Shown in pieces: positions 10,265-20,288 of a stretch of DNA of 64,000 nucleotides. This DNA is from Ignavibacteriota bacterium (GTDB taxonomy: Bacteria; Bacteroidota; Ignavibacteria; UBA10030). The notes beneath the pieces are model-generated. The model was not told the origin of the DNA and made no database searches. It saw only the letters and a program-made list of their open reading frames with translations. The first letter of the stretch is position 1, and every line of letters starts with the position of its first letter. Made by a program: the position numbers and the translations under genes. The stretch covers positions 24,532 to 88,531 of the forward strand of contig PLMK01000025.1 in the NCBI GenBank assembly GCA_003142475.1, in the 5' to 3' direction.

Positions 10265-11302
10265 CTAGGTCAAATTTAGAATATTTTCGTATACCTGCTT
10301 CGTCTTTTCTCCTACTTTTTCCCACAGAAATTCTTTCTGAATTCGTGTACGCAGTGTATTATCTTTTTTATTTTTCAACGCCGCTTGTATTCCTTCAGCA
10401 ATATTCTCCACCGATGTCGGTTCAACATAGATAGCATCGTCGCCAAAATAATCTCTTGTTCCCCCAACCGGTGTGATGACAATTTTTGCTCCAGCCAAGC
10501 CCGCTTCTAATGCGGCAATTCCCGGTGTTTCAAACTGCGAGGGAAGAGCAAAAACATCGCAAGCGGCATAAGCCGATGCCAGCAACATCGAGTCATGAGG
10601 AATCGCGTCGATGATCAACAATCGAGGATTGTGGCTTGCACGCTCAAGGCACGCCCGTCCGGGTGGCGTATCCTCTATACGTCCTATAATTACCGCCGGA
10701 TGATCGATGCGCTCAAGCGCTTCAACGAGGCGTAAAATATTTTTTCGTTCAGGTCCAATATGTCCCACTGAAAGAATAAAGTTTTTTATTCCATACTCAC
10801 GTTCGAATAATCCTGGTGTCGCATGCACGAACCGTTCTTCCACGCCATTCGGAACAACTATCACCTTTTTCTGCGGAATGCCAAAAGCATCAACGAACAA
10901 CTTCCCCTCTTCAGTAGTGTTTGGTGTGACGGCTTCTGCCCAGCTGCACATCTCTGCGATCAATCCATAGTCTGTCCAGATTCCGCGTACTTTGCGGCTT
11001 ATAAATCTATCAACCTTAATAACGTTTTGAACCACCTTGACGGTGCGCCTTGTATAAAAAACAGGTGAGATGACAAGAGGAAGTCCTTGTGTTTTGACAG
11101 CACGCGCGAAATGGTACGTTGCCATGTTCGCTGCAAAAACATGCACAAGATCAAATTCATTCACTTGAAAATTCCGCCATGTATCGAACAACGTCACTTG
11201 TACACCAAGACTTTCCAATGCTTCTTTTGTCTGCAGCACCTGTGTTCGCACGCCTCCGCGCATTAATGCTGTTGCCTGACTTGTTGCAAATAAAACATGC
11301 AT
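10265..11302 (-). CDS. glycosyltransferase family 4 (GT-B)
   Basis: C-terminal GT1/GT4 motif region (E..GIAALEAGLAG.KIV). Confidence 0.8.
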   Translation of the reverse strand: MHVLFATSQATALMRGGVRTQVLQTKEALESLGVQVTLFDTWRNFQVNEFDLVHVFAANMATYHFARAVKTQGLPLVISPVFYTRRTVKVVQNVIKVDRFISRKVRGIWTDYGLIAEMCSWAEAVTPNTTEEGKLFVDAFGIPQKKVIVVPNGVEERFVHATPGLFEREYGIKNFILSVGHIGPERKNILRLVEALERIDHPAVIIGRIEDTPPGRACLERASHNPRLLIIDAIPHDSMLLASAYAACDVFALPSQFETPGIAALEAGLAGAKIVITPVGGTRDYFGDDAIYVEPTSVENIAEGIQAALKNKKDNTLRTRIQKEFLWEKVGEKTKQVYENILNLT

Positions 11303-11311
11303 ACGTTTTCC

Positions 11312-12868
11312 CTATGCCTTTTTACTTCGAACAAAATTTACTGCTGCATTTACACTACGCACAAGCGGAATGCGATAATTAAACCGTCGAGCACGCAAAT
11401 AATCGTCTGGCATCGTCCAAGCCGCGGATTTCGGTTCCCATCGAACAGTCGCCAGTACAATCTGTCCTGATGCAGGGATGATTGCTTCCGTTCCATTGGG
11501 TTGTGCAATACGAACGTAAAGCGATTTATCTGAATGAACACCTTGCAAACGCACTTTTCCGTTTGCATACTGTAATTCAGGAATCGATGCTGCACGCGTT
11601 TTCCACCACCATGCATATTCACTCATCGTTTTTGCAGGGACTTTCTCATAGCGCATTTCTTGAAAGAGCCATTCCAGCACATCAAGATGCATATCCCGTG
11701 GGTGATGATAGAAAATGATCGGTTCGCACACCGCTATTTTCCGTTCAACAACACTAGCAAAGTACCGGATCATCTGCTCGCTGTTATAACCGTTTCTATT
11801 TAAACTGCCAATACAAATTGGATGAATCGGCACTTGCAGTGCACCGCTGCCGTCTTGAAGAGGTGGTACACTCGGCAAGTTGTCATAATCATACGAGAAC
11901 TCTGATGAATATTCAAAACCACAATCAACAATTGCACGGCCAAGTTCGTTGTTCCATGTGCCAAAAGGAGCTGCAAATCCTTGCAAACGAAATCCTGAAG
12001 TGCTTAATATCGTTTGTGCTCTGCGAATGTTCTGAACATTGCTATGATAATCCGGAAACGTTTCGTGATTGTAGCAATGCACACCAAACTCCTGCTCATT
12101 CATCTCCACACAGGACTTTATGGACTTTGCATGATTTTTAGCGTCGATGAACCATGTTCCAGAAATCCCGTTTTTATGGACAACAAGAGATAGATTTCTT
12201 AACTGTTCATCTGTTCCATTGTCTGTATCAATTCGGAGACAGAACAATGAACGTGCACCATTTGGGAAGTTCCAGAGATGGACAAACGGCAATCCGCGAC
12301 GATGATGAAGAAGTTCGAGGCAACGCAAAACCAACGCACGTATTTCTCCTTTTGAAACTTTTGAAACAGTTTCAAAGGGAAGGCGGCGTTCCGGTGAGTA
12401 AAACGATTTAACCGCTACACGGTGATCCGTCACCAGCACTGCAGGGTCAAATGGTAAGGCAACGACCAAATCATCTACATTTGTTCCAACGTGAGCCGCA
12501 AAACTGCCACGGTTGGTCTTCAGTTCGTTAGCATTCCATGCAAGCTGGCATTGGGCATAAATATCGACGATACCAAGTGAAGAAAATGCTGAATTATTTC
12601 CCGGATAAAGATAATCGATTTGTCCTAATTGAGCTGTTATCTGTCGGATACGCGCATACGCTTTTACCGAACACAACACTGCTCCTCCAAGCGCAAGGTA
12701 CTGACGAAGCATTTCCGATTCACGGTCATCTATCGTATCACTTACAGCTGTAACACTAAATTCATCAGGAAGCAATGAGTCTGTAATGTCCGCATGCGGC
12801 ACACCGATTTGCTGAAGAAGGATATGCCAGCCGGTATGTCCGCCAAGAATTCCGATTTTCAAGTTCAT
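11312..12868 (-). CDS. polysaccharide deacetylase (NodB-homology) family protein with extra N-terminal domain
   Basis: RIDTDNG (TFDDG-like motif 1) and HCYNHETFP (HxxxH motif 2) in the C-terminal half. The N-terminal ~200 aa are unassigned. Confidence 0.55.
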   Translation of the reverse strand: MNLKIGILGGHTGWHILLQQIGVPHADITDSLLPDEFSVTAVSDTIDDRESEMLRQYLALGGAVLCSVKAYARIRQITAQLGQIDYLYPGNNSAFSSLGIVDIYAQCQLAWNANELKTNRGSFAAHVGTNVDDLVVALPFDPAVLVTDHRVAVKSFYSPERRLPFETVSKVSKGEIRALVLRCLELLHHRRGLPFVHLWNFPNGARSLFCLRIDTDNGTDEQLRNLSLVVHKNGISGTWFIDAKNHAKSIKSCVEMNEQEFGVHCYNHETFPDYHSNVQNIRRAQTILSTSGFRLQGFAAPFGTWNNELGRAIVDCGFEYSSEFSYDYDNLPSVPPLQDGSGALQVPIHPICIGSLNRNGYNSEQMIRYFASVVERKIAVCEPIIFYHHPRDMHLDVLEWLFQEMRYEKVPAKTMSEYAWWWKTRAASIPELQYANGKVRLQGVHSDKSLYVRIAQPNGTEAIIPASGQIVLATVRWEPKSAAWTMPDDYLRARRFNYRIPLVRSVNAAVNFVRSKKA

Positions 12869-14271
12869 GTGAACCTCACTATTAATGTCTTGACATCATT
12901 CCAAACAACTGCACGCAATAGTATCAACATAAGACTATAACACACAACTCCAAAAAGAATTCCCCACAATAATCCATAAGGAATAACAACTGCAACACAA
13001 ACAGCCATTATCGCGACAGAAAGGAACACACGCAATATTTTTTCTGACGAATAAAGCGGTATAATTCGCTGTAGTGCATGTTTCATCAGCAAAACACTTA
13101 TGCCTTCCGCTATGACGACACCGAAGGCAGCTCCAATCGCTCCGAACAAACACGTCCCAGCAGTAACACTTACAAGATATGCGAAAGCAGTGACAAGCAT
13201 AATCTTTCCGTACGATTTCTCTCCGCCAACGCCAATCAATCCAGCAGTATACACCGTGTGCAACATTGTAATAAAGAAATACCAAATAAAAACTTGAAAC
13301 ACTGCAATGGATGAACCGTACTCGGATCCATAAATTATCGCAATAAGTTTGTTTGCGATCAATATCCCACCAACTGCAACAGGCAAGCTTATGATAAGAA
13401 TCCATCGCATTGCATCAGTCAGCATGCGATTGAATGTCTCTGGCGAATCAGAGTACTTGCGCGCCGATGCCGGTAAAAGAAGCAAAATGAGAATTCGATC
13501 GCCCATTAGTAAAAAATAGACAAGCTTGCTCGCCGCACTATACGTACCAACATCTGATGTCGTGGTAAAAATGCCAAGTGCAAGCGACGGGTAATTAATA
13601 ACCAAAGTTGTAAGAACAATCCCCACTGCCAGTGGAATTGACTGCTTCAAAAGATGTAGCGAGGGTTTGATACGAATGTGAACATCTGGATGTTTCATGC
13701 GAAATCGTACAAACAGCATCACCGCCGCTACACATTCACCAGAAATACTTCCTACAGCTACCCACAGAATATCATTGATCGTTCTGACAAAAATGATGAC
13801 GACAGCAAGATAAACAAACGCTTGCATTACTCTCGCTGCACTGACAATTCCTAAGGTTTCTTTCCCCTGAAAGAACCAATCCACGAAAAATATTTGCGGG
13901 AGTACAGCACATGAGAATAAGATGATGAGCAACACGATTGTTGTATCCTGAACTGCAGTCAGCACTGTGAACACAACTACGAAAAGCACTATAATTGTTG
14001 CAATCAACCTGCTGCCGATCACGCTGCCTACAAGTTCTGGTTGTCCGCCCTGCGCTATTTTCTTAGTTCCGAGCGTAGGATAACCAGCTGCACTCAAGAC
14101 CATGACATACGCCAGTACAGCAAAGCCGAGATTGACTGCACCGAAACCTTCTTTCCCAAGTATGCGCGCCAGATACGCAACGGCAATAAAGCCAAACAGA
14201 CGGCGTGCTATATCTGCAGAAAAAAGTGAAAGGAGATTTTTAGAAAGTCGTTTCAAGGGAATAGTTTCCAC
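12865..14271 (-). CDS. oligosaccharide flippase (Wzx / MOP-superfamily polysaccharide biosynthesis protein)
   Basis: 468 aa, 12-14 predicted TM helices, N-terminus typical of Wzx-like proteins. Confidence 0.75.
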   Translation of the reverse strand: METIPLKRLSKNLLSLFSADIARRLFGFIAVAYLARILGKEGFGAVNLGFAVLAYVMVLSAAGYPTLGTKKIAQGGQPELVGSVIGSRLIATIIVLFVVVFTVLTAVQDTTIVLLIILFSCAVLPQIFFVDWFFQGKETLGIVSAARVMQAFVYLAVVIIFVRTINDILWVAVGSISGECVAAVMLFVRFRMKHPDVHIRIKPSLHLLKQSIPLAVGIVLTTLVINYPSLALGIFTTTSDVGTYSAASKLVYFLLMGDRILILLLLPASARKYSDSPETFNRMLTDAMRWILIISLPVAVGGILIANKLIAIIYGSEYGSSIAVFQVFIWYFFITMLHTVYTAGLIGVGGEKSYGKIMLVTAFAYLVSVTAGTCLFGAIGAAFGVVIAEGISVLLMKHALQRIIPLYSSEKILRVFLSVAIMAVCVAVVIPYGLLWGILFGVVCYSLMLILLRAVVWNDVKTLIVRFT

Positions 14272-15281
14272 AGGATTTCTATTAGCTTTTGCTCACGCTG
14301 TTTCCGAGTAAATCTATTTGCAACTTGCTCGCGCACTTTGTATCCCTTTTCTTCAGAAAACTGCATTGCTCGTTGAAGTGCTGAAACAAGAGCGGAAACA
14401 TCTCCTAATGAAACAATAATTCCTTCATCACCGAGAATCGATTGTGTTGCACCGACATTAGTCGCAACTGGTATACAGCCGCATAACATTGCTTCGCACA
14501 AAACATTCGACATCCCTTCATGACGAGAAGGTTGACAATACACTTTTGTGCGTTGATAATAGGGAAGCAAAGACTTTCGATCCATCGACGGTATTATTTC
14601 AACATTCGTCGGAACGTTGAGTCCTCGAACAATTCTCTCGCTTAGGCCGATAATTGTAAATGGTATATTAGGAAGAAGATGCGCGGCTTCCAATAATACA
14701 TCAATTCCCTTCACACGCAAACGCCTTTCGTCTTCTGCTATTGCTATCGTCAAAACACTTTTGATCTTGTGAATCTCGGAGATTTTCCAGAAATTAATAT
14801 CATATCCTGTAGGGACAATTTCCATATTCTCTCCGTTATATCCGGCAAGCTGACGTGCTTTCTCACCAAGACTATCATCCACTGCAATAATTTTGCTTGC
14901 ATGCTTAAGTGCATATCGAACAAATCGAGCTTTCCATGGTACCAACCAAATTCCGTACTGTAACTTTTCGTCTCTGGCAACATCAACACCGCCAATTACG
15001 ATAATCGATTTTCGATGAAGTAGCCTCATCATCCAAACTGCGATAGAGGAGTACGTAGAAGCAAACCAACAAAAGGCAATATCCGACTTGATACATGAAA
15101 GAGCGATCTTGAGAATGTGATAGATTCCAGAACCGATCTGAACTTCTATTCTGTAGTACCTTTTAAGCATTTCAAGATCATCTTGAATGAAAGGAGTGGA
15201 AAGAGTAGATATAAAAGCAATTCTTAAGGAACTCTGTGCTTGCATTTTTTTGGGCGTTTCATCCGGAATGGCAAATGTCAT
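14253..15281 (-). CDS. glycosyltransferase family 4
   Basis: GT-B fold C-terminal motif (EGMSNVLCEAMLCGCIPVAT). Confidence 0.8.
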   Translation of the reverse strand: MTFAIPDETPKKMQAQSSLRIAFISTLSTPFIQDDLEMLKRYYRIEVQIGSGIYHILKIALSCIKSDIAFCWFASTYSSIAVWMMRLLHRKSIIVIGGVDVARDEKLQYGIWLVPWKARFVRYALKHASKIIAVDDSLGEKARQLAGYNGENMEIVPTGYDINFWKISEIHKIKSVLTIAIAEDERRLRVKGIDVLLEAAHLLPNIPFTIIGLSERIVRGLNVPTNVEIIPSMDRKSLLPYYQRTKVYCQPSRHEGMSNVLCEAMLCGCIPVATNVGATQSILGDEGIIVSLGDVSALVSALQRAMQFSEEKGYKVREQVANRFTRKQREQKLIEILWKLFP

Positions 15282-15773
15282 CTAATCGTCCACCTGCACC
15301 TCAAACTTGACGATGCTGAAGCCTTTCATCGTGTCGATCACTCCAAAAATAACTCCCACAAATACAACAACCATACCGCTAAGGAACATACCAAGAATTA
15401 AATAACGAAGTAGAAGCATTGGCACAAAATAGTCAGCACCAATTAATAATGAAGTGACGACGAACAAGCCGACTGCGCAGAGGTAACAGAAAACTGAATT
15501 CCGGATGAGCCGCGCGCGATTAAGTAGTCCGGCTACTTGCCGTGTAATGCTTTCGACGCGCTGGTTTTCAGCGGGATGAAAATCCCGTTCCACTGCATTG
15601 AAGATTATCTTCCTTTTTTCCTCTGTCAACGTCCTGATGCGATTGAGTACACTTGTAAATTTATTATTAATGCCGAGTAGCAAAAGCCCACATGCACTGA
15701 TCATCACACCAGGAGCAAGAATCAACTGGATAGCTTGGATGACAGATAAATTCTCAGTAAGATTTGGATTCAT
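15282..15773 (-). CDS. membrane protein (DUF2721-like)
   Basis: 163 aa with hydrophobic segments at both ends and a charged middle. Family recalled from memory only. Confidence 0.4.
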   Translation of the reverse strand: MNPNLTENLSVIQAIQLILAPGVMISACGLLLLGINNKFTSVLNRIRTLTEEKRKIIFNAVERDFHPAENQRVESITRQVAGLLNRARLIRNSVFCYLCAVGLFVVTSLLIGADYFVPMLLLRYLILGMFLSGMVVVFVGVIFGVIDTMKGFSIVKFEVQVDD

Positions 15774-15795
15774 GTGCTCAACCTTAACATTTTGA

Positions 15796-16806
15796 TTAAT
15801 CTTTTTCTACAACCTCACCCATAATAAATGGTTTTTCTTTTTTTCGTCTAAGGGCAGAGACAACAGCATCAACACCCCTACGATCTACGAGTAAAATCAA
15901 TCCTACACCAAGATTGAATGTGCGCCGCATATCTTCCTCTGGCACTTCGCCAACATGCTGAATAAGATTAAAAATTGCAGGCCGCTCCCATGCATTCCAA
16001 TCCACGTTAAGCGCCATTTCGTTTGGCACAACACGCATTGTATTACCTTCGATGCCGCCGCCTGTGATGTGCGACAGACCATGGATATATTTTGAAAGAG
16101 GCGAATTCAGCAACGGATAAATAGATTGTCGGTATGAACGATGGACAGCAAGCAGTGCGTCGCCTAAAGTTTTTCCCAGTTCATCAAAATGGATTGTAAG
16201 TGCAAACTTGTTGAGGAGAACGCGGCGAGCGAGCGAATAACCATTCGTATGCAATCCGGTGGAAGGTAAGCCAATGAGCACATCGCCCCTCCTGATGTTC
16301 TTACTGTTTAATATTTTCTTCTCATCTACAACACCGACGATGGTTCCTGCGATATCGTAATCTTCCATCCCATACATGCCGGGCATTTCTGCTGTTTCGC
16401 CGCCGATAAGTGCGCATTTGTTTTCTTTGCATGCTTTCACAAAACCAAGAACTACCTGCTCGGCAATATCCGGCGATAATTTACCGGTGGCATAATAATC
16501 CAAAAATAATAACGGTTTTGCACCGCACACAAGAATGTCATTCACACAATGGTTCACTAAATCCTGTCCAACTGTGTTATGGCGATTCATTGCAATAGCA
16601 ATTTTCAGCTTTGTGCCAACACCGTCAACACTAGAGACAAGCACGGGCTTTTTGATGCCTTTGAAATCCGCACGGTAAAATGCGCCGAACATACCGATAT
16701 CCGTAAGCACGTTGCGGTTAAAAGTAGAACGAATTGGTTTTTTAATGCGACGGATAAGTCCTTCACCCGCATCAATATCAACGCCTGATTCTTTATATGT
16801 TGCCAT
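15796..16806 (-). CDS. purM: phosphoribosylformylglycinamidine cyclo-ligase (AIR synthase)
   Basis: The ORF 15796..17049 is trimmed to [15 protein letters not shown], the canonical PurM N-terminus. ATG at 16804-16806, which I verified on the minus strand. Confidence 0.9.
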   Translation of the reverse strand: MATYKESGVDIDAGEGLIRRIKKPIRSTFNRNVLTDIGMFGAFYRADFKGIKKPVLVSSVDGVGTKLKIAIAMNRHNTVGQDLVNHCVNDILVCGAKPLLFLDYYATGKLSPDIAEQVVLGFVKACKENKCALIGGETAEMPGMYGMEDYDIAGTIVGVVDEKKILNSKNIRRGDVLIGLPSTGLHTNGYSLARRVLLNKFALTIHFDELGKTLGDALLAVHRSYRQSIYPLLNSPLSKYIHGLSHITGGGIEGNTMRVVPNEMALNVDWNAWERPAIFNLIQHVGEVPEEDMRRTFNLGVGLILLVDRRGVDAVVSALRRKKEKPFIMGEVVEKD

Positions 16807-17008
16807 AAATGGAACTTCCTGACGAAAAATTTTTATTGGTATAAGATAGGAGATTTTTTTTCCTTGAACAAGGAAAGAGCGAATATCTGCTACACAAAAT
16901 AATAATAGAGTCTCTTCCTTGCTCTTTTTCCTCGGCTTCTCTATATTACTAATAGTGAAGCCAATCATAAAGGATGCGAATGGTGATAAAAATTTGTAGG
17001 GAGGGAAT

Positions 17009-17383
17009 TTGAAAATACATTTGTCTCTTATTACTGTGGCAGTGCTCACACTCCTTTCAATTCAATGTTCATCTACAAAATCGCTATCAGATATTGAAAA
17101 AGCCAAATTAGACCCTCCCCTGTTACATTTATTGAGTGGTGACCGTGATGATGACAAACGACTTGATATCACTCACAGAGCCGATGGAACAAAAGAGTAC
17201 GCGGTCATAGTCCAATCAGAAAATCCAGAAGCAATCCGAGCATTAGGGATCACCGTAAGCAGTGTCTTTGGAAATATCATTGTGGTACACGTCACGCTTG
17301 AAGAGTTAAAAAATATCGTATCTTTATCTACAGTTCAGTCTATACGAACCGGATCAAAAAGAAATATACAGCAGCAACAATAA
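17009..17383 (+). CDS. free-standing subtilase-propeptide-like protein (paralogue of the N-terminal domain of the two downstream S8 peptidases)
   Basis: A signal peptide followed by about 95 aa that align with residues ~25-125 of both S8 proteins. Example: [42 protein letters not shown] versus DGTVRYSSIVYTRDVETVRAMGIHVNSVLPEFVTAQLTPSDM. Confidence 0.6.
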   Translation: MKIHLSLITVAVLTLLSIQCSSTKSLSDIEKAKLDPPLLHLLSGDRDDDKRLDITHRADGTKEYAVIVQSENPEAIRALGITVSSVFGNIIVVHVTLEELKNIVSLSTVQSIRTGSKRNIQQQQ

Positions 17384-17393
17384 AAAGGCTCCT

Positions 17394-20183
17394 ATGTCCG
17401 CTCTAATAAGATATACAAGAATATCCATCCTCATGTTGATTGTTGTTTATTTGACATTCGGTGCAGACCTCACAGAAAAGCAACGATCAAAATTGCATCC
17501 ATTATTTCGATCTTTAATCACAAATTCGTCGCAGCCATTGGCAAAGACGACAAGCAAGTTACAGCGCAGCGCATCGACAGTTTCCGAAGATGGCACAGTT
17601 CGTTATAGTTCCATCGTGTACACACGCGATGTTGAAACGGTTCGTGCGATGGGAATACACGTTAATTCTGTACTTCCGGAATTTGTCACTGCACAGCTTA
17701 CACCATCGGATATGATAAAGCTCGCCGATCTTGAAAGCGTGAGGTTTCTTGATCCCGGCAAAGTACATCATCCACTGCTCGATGTCAGTGTGCCAGAAAC
17801 CGGTGCAGCGCTTTTGCATTCAGGTTTTATAAACAATACTCCTTATAAAGGAGCGGGTGCGATTGTCTTGATCTACGATACTGGCATTGACTGGAAGCAT
17901 ATGGATTTTCGAAAAGCGGGAGATACGACGAAGTCGCGCATCCTATACATTTGGGATCAAACACTCGATTCACTTGCAGGCGATAAACGTCCTATCGGTT
18001 TTAATTATGGTGTCGAGTACACACAAGCACAAATTGAAAATGAATTTAAGAAAAATCGCCCAGGTCTTGTGCGCGAAAAGGATACATACGGGCACGGAAC
18101 GCATGTAGCAAGTATTGCCGCCGGAAACGGCCAGGCGTTCAATAATAAATATATCGGCATGGCACCTGAAGCGGATATCATTATGGTAAAAGGTGGAGAT
18201 AGTTTCACGGAGGCAAAAGAGATCGATGGTTTAACCTATGCACAAAACAAGGCAGCAGAAAAAGGAGAACCGATCGTTGTCAATATGAGTCTCGGAGGTC
18301 AAGTTGGTCCGCACGACGGAACAAACCCAGATGAAGTTGCAGTGAATTCTTTTGTAAATAGTAATTCCGGACGTGTGGTATGTATTGCAGCCGGTAATGA
18401 TGGTGCAAACCCAATTCATATGAATGGATCTGTTACAAATGGATCGTCAATAGCAATCTCTATTAGCGTTCCTTCTTACACTCCTCATCCTTCCGGGAAA
18501 AGTGATAATTATTTCGTTTTGGATATTTGGCTGCAGGACAATAAAGCATTGAACGCAACAGTAAAATCACCAAATAATATTGTTTTTTCCAGCCAATTGA
18601 ATAATGAAGTATATGGACCAAATCAATCAGACGGAACAATTGATATATACGACGAAATTGATTCTCCATATTCACATCGTCATTTACAGGTTTATATTTA
18701 CGACGCAACTTCTTCTGTACCTAAAACTGGTACATGGACCATTACTCTAAATACAACCGAAACCTCAGTTGCTTACGATGCATGGATAGATAGCGATCTT
18801 AACGGACCATCGGCAAGCTTTACTACAGGCGGTAATACAAATAAAACTGTGGCAATGCCGGGCACGGCTGCAGGTGCAATCACAGTCGGTTCTTATGTAA
18901 CAAAGTGGAGTTGGACGAGTTCGGATGACACAACTTGGAATTATATCGGCTCAACCGATCGAACTGGAAATATTTCGACATTCAGCAGTATCGGGTCCAC
19001 GGCTGACAACAGACAGAAACCAGACATTGCAGCTCCGGGTCAGGGCATTGTTGCCGCATTCTCCGGCAATGATACTTCTGAATCGACATCACACATTATT
19101 GTGAGCAATAAATATCTCCTTATGCAGGGCACAAGTATGGCTACACCGCATGTTACAGGAGCTACGGCGTTATTATTGAGTGTTAAACCATCATTGACTG
19201 CGAATCAGATCAAAAATTATTTTACAAGCACAGCCCGAACCGATGCCTTTACTTCCACAGTTTGGAATTCATCATGGGGGTTCGGCAAGATGGATATCTA
19301 CAAAGCCATGGCAAGTGCAGTCGGTGCAAGTGGTGCTAGCCGTGTAACTCTTTCTTATAATACTGACTCAATAGTAGGTTACACTCCCATAACAAACAGT
19401 GGCAACCGGAAACTTGCTATACGTTTCACTCCAACTACAACAGGCAAACTTACGAGTATCGCTGTAAATATAAATGGTGGAGTAAGTGCAATCAAAGGAA
19501 CTGGAAATCTGAAAGTTTCCGCAACCCAGAGTGTTACAGGAAGTGTCGGTTATATCCCCAGTACTACACAGATTGGCAACAGTGTTCTCGTTCCATTCAG
19601 TTCATTAAATCCCGGAGTTACCAATGTGATCGATTTTTCTTCCTCAGGTGTATCCGTCAAAACCGATACAGATTTTCAAATTGTACTTGAGAATACAAAT
19701 GCTAGCGATACTCTCCAAATTTTGCTGGACGATGGAACACTTAACATTAACCGTACTTCATCATATCGAACAGGTGCAAACGGTGTATTAGGATGGTATA
19801 ACAGGCACGATCCTAATTATACATCTGGTTATAAACCAACTTACTATAATTTATTTATCACGGCGGAGATCGCAGCAACAGTAGTAACGAATGTCGACCG
19901 TATTTCTAGTACTTTGCCAACTTCATTTTCGCTCAAGCAGAACTATCCCAATCCATTCAATCCGAGCACAAACATCGAATACAGCATTCCTGTAAAAGGA
20001 TTGGTAAAACTTCAGATATTCGATATTCTTGGCAGGTCAATAGCCACGCTTGTGAATACAACGCAAGAGGCAGGAGTTTATCACACAGCCTGGGATGGAA
20101 AAGCAGCCGCGTCGGGTGTGTATTTCTATAAACTGGAAAGCGGCAGCTTTTCAAAAACCGAACGAATGCTCCTCTTGAAATAA
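17394..20183 (+). CDS. S8 family serine peptidase (subtilisin-like) with T9SS C-terminal sorting domain
   Basis: Catalytic triad contexts LIYDTGIDW (Asp), HGTHVASIAAG (His) and GTSMATPHVTG (Ser). The C-terminal ~80 aa match the Por_Secre_tail/T9SS CTD pattern (KQNYPNPFNPST...GVYFYKL...). Confidence 0.9.
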   Translation: MSALIRYTRISILMLIVVYLTFGADLTEKQRSKLHPLFRSLITNSSQPLAKTTSKLQRSASTVSEDGTVRYSSIVYTRDVETVRAMGIHVNSVLPEFVTAQLTPSDMIKLADLESVRFLDPGKVHHPLLDVSVPETGAALLHSGFINNTPYKGAGAIVLIYDTGIDWKHMDFRKAGDTTKSRILYIWDQTLDSLAGDKRPIGFNYGVEYTQAQIENEFKKNRPGLVREKDTYGHGTHVASIAAGNGQAFNNKYIGMAPEADIIMVKGGDSFTEAKEIDGLTYAQNKAAEKGEPIVVNMSLGGQVGPHDGTNPDEVAVNSFVNSNSGRVVCIAAGNDGANPIHMNGSVTNGSSIAISISVPSYTPHPSGKSDNYFVLDIWLQDNKALNATVKSPNNIVFSSQLNNEVYGPNQSDGTIDIYDEIDSPYSHRHLQVYIYDATSSVPKTGTWTITLNTTETSVAYDAWIDSDLNGPSASFTTGGNTNKTVAMPGTAAGAITVGSYVTKWSWTSSDDTTWNYIGSTDRTGNISTFSSIGSTADNRQKPDIAAPGQGIVAAFSGNDTSESTSHIIVSNKYLLMQGTSMATPHVTGATALLLSVKPSLTANQIKNYFTSTARTDAFTSTVWNSSWGFGKMDIYKAMASAVGASGASRVTLSYNTDSIVGYTPITNSGNRKLAIRFTPTTTGKLTSIAVNINGGVSAIKGTGNLKVSATQSVTGSVGYIPSTTQIGNSVLVPFSSLNPGVTNVIDFSSSGVSVKTDTDFQIVLENTNASDTLQILLDDGTLNINRTSSYRTGANGVLGWYNRHDPNYTSGYKPTYYNLFITAEIAATVVTNVDRISSTLPTSFSLKQNYPNPFNPSTNIEYSIPVKGLVKLQIFDILGRSIATLVNTTQEAGVYHTAWDGKAAASGVYFYKLESGSFSKTERMLLLK

Positions 20184-20203
20184 ACCGAACAATGGTCATT
20201 TTG

Positions 20204-20235
20204 AAAACCCTAGCGCAATAATATGACAGGGTTTT
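20204..20235 (+). terminator. possible weak intrinsic terminator after first S8 gene
   Basis: An aaaaccct / agggtttt 8-bp stem with a 16-nt loop. It shares the gacagggtttt 3' half with the stronger terminator after the second S8 gene. Confidence 0.3.
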
Positions 20236-20288
20236 CATGTTTCGGTATATATTGCCATTCCACAAGAGCTACACTATATCAGCATTAG

